Origin: an uncultured Chloroflexia bacterium
Lineage (GTDB): Bacteria; Chloroflexota; Limnocylindria; Limnocylindrales; CSP1-4
DNA: 64,000 nucleotides
Reading direction: 5' to 3'
Assembly: GCA_963712735.1 (NCBI GenBank)
Contig: CAVQIZ010000002.1
Location: 186,791-250,790, forward strand
Both the position numbers and the translations under genes were made by a program. Below the pieces are notes generated by a model that searched no databases, was not told the origin of the DNA, and saw only the letters and a list, made by a program, of their open reading frames with translations. Positions within the stretch are counted from its first letter, which is position 1, and every line of letters begins with the position of its first letter. Positions 45,523 to 56,435 of this stretch are shown here, piece after piece.

Positions 45523-46575
45523 ATGACGATGACCGAGCCCTTCCGCCCGCAGCCCCTCACCACCTCTGTCTGCGGCTCTCACGCTCACCCCGGCTGGCTG
45601 GAGCTCGCCGTCGCGGCGGCCGAGCGCGGAGAGCTCGGCCCACGCGACGTCCGCGAGGTGCAGGACGATGCGGTCGACATGGCGCTGCGCGACCAGGAGG
45701 ACGCCGGCGTCGACGTCGTCTCGGAGGGCGAGATGCGGCGCGTGGGCTTCTTCACCGCCGAGTTCTACCGCCACCTCACGGGTGTGTCGGCGCTGGACCC
45801 GGCGCGGCGGCTGGGCCCGGCCGGCCACGACCAGCAGCATCGCTTCGCGGTCTTCGAGCCCATCGCTGCGCCCGACGGCCTGGGCGTGGTGGAGGAGTTC
45901 GAGTACGCCCGCACCCGCACGCGCCGGCCCATCAAGGTCACCCTGCCCGGGCCGTTCACCCTGTCGGGGCGGCTGACCTACGGACCCGGCGAGGTCTACG
46001 CCGACCGCATCGCCGCGGCCCGCGCGTTCGTGCCCATCCTCGCCGCCGAGCTCGAGCGGCTGGCCGACGCCGGTGCCAGCTACATCCAGCTCGACGAACC
46101 CTCCCCCGCCATCCACCCCGAGGCATCCGACGAGTTCGCCGCGCTCTTCAACGCGGCCACCGCGAGCGTCCAGGGGCGGGTGACGCTGGCCGCACACCTG
46201 TGCTTCGGCAACTTCTTCGGCCGGCCGCTCTCGAAGCGCCTGTACCGCCCGGTGCTGGAGCAGGCACTCGCCTTCGAGGTGAGTGAGCTCGTGCTCGAGT
46301 TCGCCAATCGCGAGATGGCGGAGCTGGACGTGGCCGCCGACATCACCGCGGCGGGGCGACACCTCTCGGCCGGCGTGATCGACGTCAAGAACTACTACCT
46401 CGAGACGGCCGACGACGTGGCCTGGCGCATCGATCGCCTGCTGGCCGCCGGCGTGCCCGAGGCGCAGCTGTCGATCGTGCCCGATTGCGGCTTCAGCCAG
46501 ACCGCGCGCTGGGCCACCAAGCCGAAGCTGGCAGCGATGGTCGCCGGCCGCGATCTCGTTCGAGGTCGCGCGTAG
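45523..46575 (+). CDS. cobalamin-independent methionine synthase (MetE) C-terminal-domain-like protein (COG0620 family)
   Basis: ATG 45523 after AAGGAG; ...TTSVCGSHAHPGWL...VDVVSEGEMRR...IQLDEP...HLCFGNF...PDCGF: zinc-binding His/Cys/Glu/Cys pattern of the MetE catalytic barrel. Confidence 0.65.
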   Translation: MTMTEPFRPQPLTTSVCGSHAHPGWLELAVAAAERGELGPRDVREVQDDAVDMALRDQEDAGVDVVSEGEMRRVGFFTAEFYRHLTGVSALDPARRLGPAGHDQQHRFAVFEPIAAPDGLGVVEEFEYARTRTRRPIKVTLPGPFTLSGRLTYGPGEVYADRIAAARAFVPILAAELERLADAGASYIQLDEPSPAIHPEASDEFAALFNAATASVQGRVTLAAHLCFGNFFGRPLSKRLYRPVLEQALAFEVSELVLEFANREMAELDVAADITAAGRHLSAGVIDVKNYYLETADDVAWRIDRLLAAGVPEAQLSIVPDCGFSQTARWATKPKLAAMVAGRDLVRGRA

Positions 46576-46777
46576 CCGCACTCGGCGCTCCGGCCGCGTC
46601 CGCGCTCGGAGGACGGAGCGCCCGCGTAGAGCCATCTCGCGTTCGGCTCCGGGCCTGACCGACGGACCGTCCGCCCGAAGTGGACGGACCTTTGCGGGTG
46701 AGCGCGGCACGTCAAAGGGCCGGCCCCGAAGGACCGGCCCGCGCTTGTCGATGCTGCCGCCGAAGCGGCAGGGGTGG

Positions 46778-47877
46778 CTACTCGCCGCCGGGGGTCGGCT
46801 CCACGACGGCCTTCTCGAAGCCCTCGCCGGTGACGTCACCCTCGATCATGCTGCGCGCCGCATCGGAGAGGTCGGTGCGGTAGGCACCGTCGCCGGGATC
46901 CTCGCTGATGATGCCCGCGTCGAGCATGATCTGGACGGTGGTGTCCCAGGTGTCCTGCGGCAGCGCACCGACGCCCTCGGGCGACGGCCAGATGAGCGCG
47001 TTGATCTCGTTCATCATCCAGGCCTGGTGGCCGGTGCCGAGGATGGAGCCATTGTTGGCCACGATCTCGGCGCACTCTTCGGGATTGTCCCGGCAGTGCT
47101 GCCAACCCTGGAAGCTGGCGGCGAGGAAGCGTGTGGCGAGGTCCTCGTTGCCCTCCTCGGCGAGCCATGACTCGCGCGCCCAGATGGCGTCCTGCAGCAT
47201 GGCCGTGCCGACATCGTTGTAGTCGATGATGACCATGTCCTCTGGCTGGTACAGCTCGCCCGTCTCGGGGTTCTCCGTCTCCAGCACCTGCGCGTACTCG
47301 TTGTAGATCATCGCCTCGGCGACGTCGATCTCGCGGTTGAGGAACGCATTCATGTCGAAGTTCTGGATGATGCGCTCGTAGTCCTCGCCCGGCTCCAGGC
47401 CCGCGGCGCGGCCGGCGGCGATGACCTCGTAGTCGTTGCCGAAGTCCCACATGCCGACCTTCTTGCCGGCGAACTCCTCGGGGCTGTTGACGGGGCGTCG
47501 GCCCACGAGACCGACAGCGTGCCCGAACGCTGGAAGTGCTGCGCGATGTTGACCAGGTCGGACTGCACCTCCGACTCGCGGACCTCGAGCACGCGCGGCA
47601 CCCAGGCGATGGTGAACTCGGGGCCGTCCGGCTGCGAGCCGAGCACCTGCGGGGCCTGGTCGGACGGGGTCTCGTTGATGGTGACGTCGAGGCCCATGGC
47701 CTCGTAGAAGCCCAGGTCCTTGGCCGCGTAGAAGCCGCCGAACTGGGCCTGTGCGAACCACTGCAGCTGCAGGTCGACCGGCGTCAGCTCGTCCTGCGCA
47801 CCGACGCTGCCGATGGTTCCCGCGGCCAGCAACGCGGACGCACCGAGCGCCACGCCGATCCGGGTGGGATTCCTCAT
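46778..47877 (-). CDS. ABC transporter substrate-binding protein, NMT1/THI5-like (NitT/TauT family), frameshift ~47540
   Basis: Signal peptide MRNPTRIGVALGASALLAAGTIGSVGAQD, LQLQWFAQAQFGGFYAAKDLGFYEAMGLDVT...; C-terminal 240 aa in the other frame. Confidence 0.7.
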
Positions 47878-48003
47878 GGATACACCTCTCCTCTGGCGCG
47901 CCAGGCGCCTCTACTCTCGCCGAGCCCGGCGAAAGACCTAGTGGTTCGGTGCACGATAGCGCACCAGACCCTGGATGACAGCCCCCCGCGTTGACACCCC
48001 AGC

Positions 48004-48765
48004 TCAGACCTCGCCATCGCGCAGCGAGATGTACCAGGGGATGGCACGACGCTCGACCGCCGCCACCACCATGTAGGCGATGATGGCGGCCACGGCGCCG
48101 AGCAGGATGCCGGCCCAGCCCAGGCCGAAGTTGCCCGCGAACATGGCCGTGATGACGACACGCCCGATGACGTCGGAGGTGCCGCCGAAGTACTCGGCCA
48201 CGATGGCGCCGATGAAGGCCAGCGTGGTCCCGACCTTCAGCGCGGTGAAGAAGAACGGCAGCATGTTGGGGATGCGCACCTTGCGCAGGATCTCGGTGTC
48301 GGAGACGGCGTACGAGCGCATCAGCTCCAGCGCGCCGGGTGACACCTCCACCAGCCCGCGCGTGGTGCTGATGAAGATGGGGAAGAACACCAGCACCGAC
48401 GACATCGCCATCTTGGATAGCGGGTTGGCGATGCCGAACCAGTTGTTGAAGATCGGCGCCAGCGCCACCAGCGGGATGGCGGCGGCGCCGATGGCGAGGG
48501 GCAGCAGGATGTCGCGCGCGACGATGAAGCGCGAGGCGGCGAAGGCGATGAGCAGGCCCAGCGTGGTGCCGATGAACAGGCCGCCGAGCGCCTCGATGAG
48601 GGTGTTCCAGCCGCTGCGCAGGAGGATCTCCCAGTGCTCGCTGAAGCCATCGACGATGGAGGATGGCGTCGAGAGCGGGCGCGGCAGCGCATCGGCCCGG
48701 CCCAGCACCTCCCACAGCACCAGCAACACCACCAGCGCCGCGAGGGGCGGCCCGACCTGGCCCAC
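48004..48765 (-). CDS. ABC transporter permease (NitT/TauT family)
   Basis: 6 TM; ...ISTTRGLVEVSPGALELMRSYAVSDTEILRKVRIPNMLPFFFTALKVGTTLAFIGAIVAEYFGG (BPD_transp_1 EAA region). Confidence 0.8.
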   Translation of the reverse strand: MGQVGPPLAALVVLLVLWEVLGRADALPRPLSTPSSIVDGFSEHWEILLRSGWNTLIEALGGLFIGTTLGLLIAFAASRFIVARDILLPLAIGAAAIPLVALAPIFNNWFGIANPLSKMAMSSVLVFFPIFISTTRGLVEVSPGALELMRSYAVSDTEILRKVRIPNMLPFFFTALKVGTTLAFIGAIVAEYFGGTSDVIGRVVITAMFAGNFGLGWAGILLGAVAAIIAYMVVAAVERRAIPWYISLRDGEV

Positions 48766-49671
<906 letters not shown>

Positions 49672-49675
<4 letters not shown>

Positions 49676-50811
49676 AGGTTGGCCCCCGGGCGGTTGCGCA
49701 GGATGAGCACCTCGGCCGCGCGCACCGCGAGGTAGGCCGACGATGCCGACGAGCGAGGCGATGAGGATGGTGGCCCACAGCTTCTCCGGGCCGGTGATGT
49801 ACTGCTGGCTGAAGCTGATGATGGCCTTGCCCAGGCCCTCGCCCACTCCGCCCGGACCCTCGCCGATGATGGCGCCGATGATGGCCCACGTCGCCGCCAC
49901 CTTGAGCGCCGTGAAGAGGAACGGCACGGAGGCCGGGAAGCGCAGCTTGCGGTAGATGTCCCAGCGCGAGGCACCGTAGGAGCGCATGAGCTCCATCGCC
50001 CGCGGGTCAGGCGAGCGCAGGCCGCGCAGCTGCGAGATGGTGACCGGGAAGAACGTGAGGTAGGTGGCCACGATGACCACCGCCGTCGGGCCCAGGCCGA
50101 CGGCCAGCGCGATGACCGGCGCCAGCGCCACGATGGGGATGGTCTGCGAGGCCACCACGTAGGGCATGAACGTCCGCTCGGAGCGGATGGAGTGGACGAA
50201 GATCGACGCGATGCCGATGCCGATGACGCGCGCCCAGCACGAAGCCGATGAACGCCTGCCGCATGGTGAACAGGGCCGCTCCGAGAAGGAACTCGAGCAG
50301 GGTCTGGTCCGAGCCACGTCGGAACGGCTCGAGGAGCTCGAACAGGATGTCCCAGATGTGCGGCAGCTGGCGGTCGCTCAGCTGCAGCACCCGGAAGGGC
50401 GGGTCGTGGAAGATGTCGACCCCCGTGCCAAGGACGTTCTCGAAGCGCCAGGGCGTGCCGCCGAACCACTTGAGGGCCTCCCAGATGAAGCCGGCGATGA
50501 GGAAGAACGCGCCCAGTGCCAGGGCGGTGCGAGCGAAGCGCCCCAGCGGCGTCTGCCAGCGGCCGACGATAGCCCTCGGCCCCGCCCACCGTGTGGATGG
50601 CGACGTCGTCGGCCGCGTCGCCGATGTCGAGCGCCACCTCGCCTGCCTCAGGGTCGGCGAGCGGATCGCGCCGGCGGTCGGCGGGTGACCAGGCGGAGGT
50701 GTTCGGCCCCAGCGCGCGGTAGGGCATGGGCACGCGCCGGCCGTCATCGGACTGCCCCCGGGCTGCCGGCGGGTTCGGTGGCGTGGCCTGCTCGGGGCGC
50801 TCGTCGCTCAT
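49672..50811 (-). CDS. ABC transporter permease (NitT/TauT family), ~3 frame switches
   Basis: ...GRWQTPLGRFARTALALGAFFLIAGFIWEALKWF... / ...IPIVALAPVIALAVGLGPTAVVIVATYLTFFPVTISQLRGLRSPDPRAMELMRSYGASRWDIYRKLRFPASVPFLFTALKVAATWAIIGAIIGE / ...AYLAVRAAEVLILRNRPGANL. Confidence 0.65.
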
Positions 50812-50850
50812 CGGTGGCTCGTGTCGGCCGTCTACCGGTCGGGTCCGGCG

Positions 50851-52185
50851 CTAGGCGCGCACACCCTTGTCGGCGAGGTCCAGGGCGGCGTCGATGATCT
50901 CGAAGCCCTCGGCCATCTCCTCCTCGCTGATGGTCAGCGGCGGGTTGCAGTGGATGGTGTTGAAGCGGATGAAGGTGAAGAGGCCGTGCTCACGGAAGTA
51001 CGCTCCGATGGCCTTCATCTCGTCCGACAGCCCCCCGTAGGGCGCCATCGGCTCGTAGGTCTCGCGGTCCCGCACGAGCTCGAGGATGCCGAACAGGCCG
51101 ATGTTGCGATGCGCACCCACGCTGGGATGCTTCTCCTTGAGGCGCACCATGTGGTCGCGCATGACCTCGCCCATGCGCCTGGCTCGCTCGATGAGGCCAT
51201 CCTGCTCGTAGACGTCGATGACCGCAAGGGCCGTGGCGCAGCCCATGGGATGGCTGTTGTAGGTCAGGCCGCCGCCGAAGGCCTTGTCCTCGAAGGCGTC
51301 GGCGATCTGCCGGCGCATGGCCACCGCGCCAAGGGGCAGGTACGACGAGGTCAGGCCCTTGGCCATGGTGAGGAGATCGGGCACGACGCCCCAGTGATCG
51401 ACGGCGAACCAGGCGCCGGTGCGGCCGAACCCGCTCATGACCTCGTCGGCGATGAGCATGATGCCGTGCTTGTCGCAGATCTCGCGTACGCCCTGCAGGT
51501 AGCCGTCGGGCGGGATGAGGATGCCGTTGGTGCCCACGACCGGCTCGAGGATGAAGCCGGCGATGGTGTGGCCACCCTCGAACATGATCACTTCCTCGAG
51601 GTCGGCGAGGGCCTGCTCGACCGGCTCCGGCTCCGGCCGGCCATAGCGATGCGGGTCGGGCGCACGGTAGATGCCCGCGACGCCGGTCTCGCTGGCCCAG
51701 CGGCGCGGATCGCCGGTGGCGACCATGACCTGGCCGGTGGCGCCGTGATACGAGCGATAGCGGGCCAGGATCTTGTGCCGGCCGGTGTACTGCCGCGCCA
51801 GCTTGATGGCATTCTCGTTGGCTTCGGCACCGCCGTTGGTGAAGAACACGACGTCGAGGTCGCCCGGCGTGAGCTGCGCCAGCTTCTGGCCCAGGCGGGC
51901 ACGGGGCTCGTGCGCCATGAAGGGGTTGGCGTAGGCCAGCTTCTGCGCCTGCGCCGCGATGGCGTCGATGACACGCTGGTCGCCGTGGCCGATGTTGACC
52001 GACATCAGCTGGCTGTTCCAGTCGAGATACCGCTTGCCGTCGGTGGAGTAGAAGTACGAGCCCTTGGCCGTCTCGACGGGGATGGGATCAGCCGCGCTCT
52101 GGGCGACCCACTCGAACAGCGTGTGCTTCTTCGACAGCGCCACGATCTCCTCGGCGCTCATGACCCCCCGGGTCTCCTCGACCAT
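50851..52185 (-). CDS. class-III (omega-) aminotransferase, PLP-dependent
   Basis: Start MVEETRGVMSAEEIV (52185); ...ILEPVVGTNGILIPPDGYLQGVREICDKHGIMLIADEVMSGFGRTGAWFAVDHWGVVPDLLTMAKGLTSSYLPLGAV. Confidence 0.85.
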   Translation of the reverse strand: MVEETRGVMSAEEIVALSKKHTLFEWVAQSAADPIPVETAKGSYFYSTDGKRYLDWNSQLMSVNIGHGDQRVIDAIAAQAQKLAYANPFMAHEPRARLGQKLAQLTPGDLDVVFFTNGGAEANENAIKLARQYTGRHKILARYRSYHGATGQVMVATGDPRRWASETGVAGIYRAPDPHRYGRPEPEPVEQALADLEEVIMFEGGHTIAGFILEPVVGTNGILIPPDGYLQGVREICDKHGIMLIADEVMSGFGRTGAWFAVDHWGVVPDLLTMAKGLTSSYLPLGAVAMRRQIADAFEDKAFGGGLTYNSHPMGCATALAVIDVYEQDGLIERARRMGEVMRDHMVRLKEKHPSVGAHRNIGLFGILELVRDRETYEPMAPYGGLSDEMKAIGAYFREHGLFTFIRFNTIHCNPPLTISEEEMAEGFEIIDAALDLADKGVRA

Positions 52186-52448
52186 GTCGTCCACCTTCCG
52201 TTCCGCGGCGCGGGGGTCCCCCGGGCGGATCCGGTCCCGGGGTCGGCCTCTGCGCCGCTGCGTCCGCCGGAGTGTGCCACGGATGCCGCGCGGGTTGGGC
52301 CCCGAAGGCCGCACGTCGGTGCCAGCAGCCGGAAGTGAGACTGAGGCGTAACCGCGGGGCATCGTCTCCGCGACCCGGGCCAGGTCGAGTGACCAGGCGA
52401 GGCGGCGATGGCGCCCCCTGGAGTCGAACGGCCCGTGAACGCCGGCGG

Positions 52449-52835
52449 CTACGCGGCCAGGAGCGTCTCGTCCTCGAAGAGCACCTCGATGAGCGGCGAG
52501 CGGGCGATGAAGTCCTCCGTCTGTGCCTGGCGGTTCCACGCCTCGCAGACACGTGTCAGCACGGGACGGCGCTCCGCCTCGTCGGTCACGATGCGGGCCG
52601 TTGCCGGGAGGTCCGCCACGACACGCTTCTTGAGATGGAACACCAGCCGGGGATCAGCCGCGAGGTTGGCCAGCCACGCGCGCTTGCCCGGCAGTCCGGT
52701 GATGTACACGTGACCGTCCTGGTAGAAGAAGACGATCTCGATGCGTCGTGGCTGCCCTGACTGGCGGCCGGTGGTGGTGATGTCGATGATGCCGCCGGCG
52801 CGCAGAGCGGCGACGATGTCGGCTCGTTCGGTCAT
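52449..52835 (-). CDS. deazaflavin (F420H2)-dependent nitroreductase-family protein (Ddn/PNPOx-like, PF04075)
   Basis: ...ITTTGRQSGQPRRIEIVFFYQDGHVYITGLPGKRAWLANLAADPRLVF... split-barrel signature. Confidence 0.65.
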   Translation of the reverse strand: MTERADIVAALRAGGIIDITTTGRQSGQPRRIEIVFFYQDGHVYITGLPGKRAWLANLAADPRLVFHLKKRVVADLPATARIVTDEAERRPVLTRVCEAWNRQAQTEDFIARSPLIEVLFEDETLLAA

Positions 52836-52894
52836 GGATGGTCGGCCTCCGATCGGGCAGGAGAGGGTACCGCGGCGCTGCTAGCATCGTGTGA

Positions 52895-53722
52895 ATGCCT
52901 GATGACGCGGGAGGCCGCATCCCCTATCGACCTGCCCGCCTGGACCCGGCGGAGATGGATGCCCGTGCGGCCGACTTCTACGCCAAGATGGACCGACGTC
53001 GATCGGTGCGCGCCTTCAGCCCCGATCCAGTTCCCCGACACCTCATCGAAACGGCCATCCTGACCGCCTCCACGGCGCCCAGCGGTGCCCACCAGCAGCC
53101 GTGGACGTTCGTGGCCATCGGTGACCCCGGCACCAGGTGGCACATCCGGCTGGCCGCAGAGGCCGAGGAGCGGCGATCGTACGAGAGCCGCATGTCCGAG
53201 GAGTGGCTCGAGGCACTGGCGCCGCTGGGCACCGACTGGCGCAAGCCGTACCTGGAGACCGCGCCCTGGCTGGTCGTGCTCTTCGAGCAGATCCACGGCA
53301 CCTTCCCCGACGGCAGCCACCGCAAGCACTACTACACACGCGAGTCGGTGGGCATCGCGGCCGGCCTCTTCATCGCCGCCATCCACCACATGGGCCTGGC
53401 GACGCTCACGCACACGCCCAGCCCCATGGGGTTCCTCACCCAGGTCCTCGATCGGCCGCGCAACGAGCGGCCGTTCGTGCTGTTCCCGGTGGGCTACCCG
53501 GCGGCTGACGCGACGGTGCCCGACCTGCGCCGCAAGACCCTCGAGGAGGTCGCAGTGTTCGACCCGCAGCTGGCGGACCCGGACGAGGACGAGGACGAGA
53601 CGAGGCGAGCAGCTCGCCGTCCGCCCCGGCCTCGGCGGCAGCTACTCGTCGCTGGCGGTCTCCGCCTCCAGCTCGCGAGCCAGCTCCTCGGTGCGCCGGT
53701 AGGCGGCGAAGACCGCTTCTGA
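52895..53722 (+). CDS. nitroreductase-family (FMN-dependent) protein; C-terminal tail doubtful
   Basis: ...MDRRRSVRAFSPDPVPRHLIETAILTASTAPSGAHQQPWTFVAI...; the last ~25 aa overlap convergent proC. Confidence 0.65.
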   Translation: MPDDAGGRIPYRPARLDPAEMDARAADFYAKMDRRRSVRAFSPDPVPRHLIETAILTASTAPSGAHQQPWTFVAIGDPGTRWHIRLAAEAEERRSYESRMSEEWLEALAPLGTDWRKPYLETAPWLVVLFEQIHGTFPDGSHRKHYYTRESVGIAAGLFIAAIHHMGLATLTHTPSPMGFLTQVLDRPRNERPFVLFPVGYPAADATVPDLRRKTLEEVAVFDPQLADPDEDEDETRRAARRPPRPRRQLLVAGGLRLQLASQLLGAPVGGEDRF

Positions 53723-54490
53723 TAGCACCGTGCGAAGGCCGCCCTTCTCCAGCTCGTGGATGGCGGCCGCCGACGTGCCCGCGGGCGAGGTGACCATGTT
53801 GCGCAGGTACGCCGGGTGGTCACCGCTGGCCTGTGCCAGCAGCGTCCCGCCGAGCAGTGTCTCGATGACCAGGTCGTGGGCGATGTGGCGGGGGAACCCG
53901 AGGTGGACGGCGGCGTCGATGAGTGCCTCCATCACGAGGAACACGTAGGCCGGGCCGGTCCCGCTCACGGCCGTCGACATCGAGACGTACTTCTCGTCCT
54001 CGACCTCGATCTCGACCCCCAGGCTGCGCAGGAGCGCCGCCGCCTGCTCACGCTGCCGGTGGGTGACCTGCGGCGTGGCGCACCAGACGGTCATGCCCTT
54101 GCCCAGCTGCGCCGGCGTGTTGGGCATGGCGCGCACGATGGCCTCGTGCCGCAGGGCGTTGCGCAGCGCCTTGGTCGTGGCGCCGGCGAGGATGGAGATG
54201 ACGAGCTGCTCGGGGCGCAGGCACTCGGAGACCTCACGGCCGACGTCGGCGAGCATCTGCGGCTTGATCGCCAGCACCACCACGTCGGCCGCCTCGACAG
54301 CCTCGGTGTTGGAGGCCGTGGCCCTGATGCCGAGCCTGGCCACCAGCTCATCGCGGCGCTCGGCACGCGGATCGCTGGCGATCACCTGGGCCGCCTCGAA
54401 GCCGTCCACGGACAGCAGGCCGGCGATCATCGATTCGGCCATGACGCCGGTGCCGACGGTGGCGATGGTCGTTCCCTGCAGTGATGACAC
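53642..54490 (-). CDS. proC: pyrroline-5-carboxylate reductase
   Basis: GTG 54490: MSSLQGTTIATVGTGVMAESMIAGLL...VVVLAIKPQML...AMPNTPAQLGKGMTVW...SGTGPAYVFLVMEALIDAAVHLGF. Confidence 0.85.
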   Translation of the reverse strand: MSSLQGTTIATVGTGVMAESMIAGLLSVDGFEAAQVIASDPRAERRDELVARLGIRATASNTEAVEAADVVVLAIKPQMLADVGREVSECLRPEQLVISILAGATTKALRNALRHEAIVRAMPNTPAQLGKGMTVWCATPQVTHRQREQAAALLRSLGVEIEVEDEKYVSMSTAVSGTGPAYVFLVMEALIDAAVHLGFPRHIAHDLVIETLLGGTLLAQASGDHPAYLRNMVTSPAGTSAAAIHELEKGGLRTVLSEAVFAAYRRTEELARELEAETASDE

Positions 54491-54528
54491 GCTCGCGAGT
54501 ATAGGTCGCGAGCGTGGCCCCGCGGGCA

Positions 54529-55452
54529 TCAGCTGCCCGCCGCGATCGCCTCCAGCGTGGGCCCGTGCTCAGGGGTGCCGTCGGCAGCCAGCGGGATGAT
54601 GGCCACGTGGTCGGCGCCCGCGGCGTGGTATTCCGCGATACGGGCACGCACCCGTTCCGGGTCGCCCCAGGCCACCGTCGCATCGACCAGGCGGTCAGAG
54701 AACGGAGGCTCCCAGTCTTCCGCGCCGAAGCCCTGCTCGATGAGGCTGTGCTGGTAGTTCTCGGCCCGGCAGTACGGCGTCATCCAGGCGCGGCCGGCGG
54801 CACGGGCGCGGCCGGCGTCGGGCTCCACCACCGTCGCCAGCGCCGTCGCGATGAGCGGGCGCGGCCGGCCGGCGGGTGCAGCCTCGTCCAGCACCTCTCG
54901 CATCCAGCCGATGCGCTCGGTCGTCACGAAGAAGGGCAACGTGCCGTCCGTCTCGGTAGCAGCCAGCTCCAGCATGCGCCGCCGCAGGGCGGCGATCAGC
55001 ACGGGCGGCTCGGTCGCCACTCCGTCGCCCTCGAGCAGCGGGCCACGATAGGGCAGCTGGTGGTAGGCAGCGAGATACTCGCGCATGCGAGACATGGGCT
55101 TGTCGTAGATGTGCCCGCGCAGCTTCTCGACGAGATGGACGTGGGACACCCCCAGACCCAGGACGAAGCGGCCGCCGGTGAGCTCGTGCAGCGTCATGGC
55201 CCCCATCCTGCTGGCCATCGCGTCGCGGCCGAAGATGTTGACGATGCTCGTGCCGAGGGTCATCGATCCGGCCGCGTCGGCCACGGCCGCCAGCTGCGCG
55301 AAGGGGTCGCGGGCGGCGCCATCTCCGACCCACAGCGCGCCGTAGCCGAGCTCGGCGGCCCGGGCCACGAACGGACGAAGCTCGGCAGCAGGCAACGAGG
55401 CCAGATGGCCCCAGACCCCCAGCGGGCCGAGGAGCTTGCGGGTGTCACTCAT
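54529..55452 (-). CDS. LLM-class F420-dependent oxidoreductase (luciferase-like monooxygenase family)
   Basis: MSDTRKLLGPLGVWGHL...AELGYGALWVGD...LGTSIVNIFGRD...LGLGVSH; TIM-barrel LLM signature. Confidence 0.75.
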   Translation of the reverse strand: MSDTRKLLGPLGVWGHLASLPAAELRPFVARAAELGYGALWVGDGAARDPFAQLAAVADAAGSMTLGTSIVNIFGRDAMASRMGAMTLHELTGGRFVLGLGVSHVHLVEKLRGHIYDKPMSRMREYLAAYHQLPYRGPLLEGDGVATEPPVLIAALRRRMLELAATETDGTLPFFVTTERIGWMREVLDEAAPAGRPRPLIATALATVVEPDAGRARAAGRAWMTPYCRAENYQHSLIEQGFGAEDWEPPFSDRLVDATVAWGDPERVRARIAEYHAAGADHVAIIPLAADGTPEHGPTLEAIAAGS

Positions 55453-55512
55453 GCGCCCGAGTCTACGCGGGCGCATGAGTGTGCCCCGGTCCACGCGGGC
55501 GCGAGTGCGGCG

Positions 55513-56346
55513 CTACGCGGGCGTCACGGCACGGCCGAAGACGAACGCACTGAGCGTGACGTCGAGCTCGACCGAGGCGAACCCGGCCTGCAGGACGGCC
55601 GTCCGCAGGATGTCCGGTGCCAGCGGCTGCAGGGGACCCGCGGGACCGGCGATCGGCCGCGCCGCGGGGCCACCCTTGGCCTCCACGAACAGGAACGAAC
55701 CGCCCGGCTTGAGCCAGCCACGTACGACCGGGAGGGCAGCGGAGACGCCGGCCGCCCCCAGCAGGTAGGCGGCGAAGACGGTGTCGACCGACGTGTCCGG
55801 CGTGGCCAGCGGATCACGCTCATGCAGGTGGGCCAGGAGCCCGTGGACCATCAGGCGCGTGCGGGCAGCATCGAGCGACGCGGCGTCGGTGTCGTAGAGC
55901 CACAGCTCCCCCTTCTCGGCGAGGAGCGCCGTCCACCAGCCCATGCCCGCGCCGAGCTCGACGATGACGCCGCCGCTGACGCTCTCGTCCAGCCAGCCGG
56001 TGACCTGCTCGAGCTCCATCGACCAGGGTCCGTCGTGGATGGGCCCCCGCGAGAACCCACCTCGGCGCAGGTACCAGTCCTCCCAGTCCCCGGGCGCCAC
56101 CGGGAGCGCCAAGTCGGTTGTCGGCGACCCCGGCACGCTCGGCGCGGCAGCCGTCGCTGTCGCCGGCGCTGCGGCGGCAGCACGGTCGCGCAGGGCGGCA
56201 CGCAGGCGCATCCGCAGGAACTCGTTGCCATCCGCCTTGCCCAGGCACTCAGGGCACAGCCCGGCCCAGCCCTCCAGGTCCTCGGCAGCGCGCACCTGCC
56301 ACGGCCGGCCGCACCAGAGGCAGTCGAAGGCACGTCGGAAGACCAT
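55513..56346 (-). CDS. class I SAM-dependent methyltransferase with N-terminal CxxC...CxxC zinc ribbon
   Basis: MVFRRAFDCLWCGRPW...GLCPECLGK then ...GGVIVELGAGMGWWTALLAE...LWLYDTD (motif I / post-I). Confidence 0.6.
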   Translation of the reverse strand: MVFRRAFDCLWCGRPWQVRAAEDLEGWAGLCPECLGKADGNEFLRMRLRAALRDRAAAAAPATATAAAPSVPGSPTTDLALPVAPGDWEDWYLRRGGFSRGPIHDGPWSMELEQVTGWLDESVSGGVIVELGAGMGWWTALLAEKGELWLYDTDAASLDAARTRLMVHGLLAHLHERDPLATPDTSVDTVFAAYLLGAAGVSAALPVVRGWLKPGGSFLFVEAKGGPAARPIAGPAGPLQPLAPDILRTAVLQAGFASVELDVTLSAFVFGRAVTPA

Positions 56347-56435
56347 CGCCGCAACCTCAGCCGGCTCGGCGGTCGGACAGGTCGCGGCCGACGAGACGCA
56401 TCGGCGCGAGGGGCAGCCAGCTCCCGACCGGGCCA

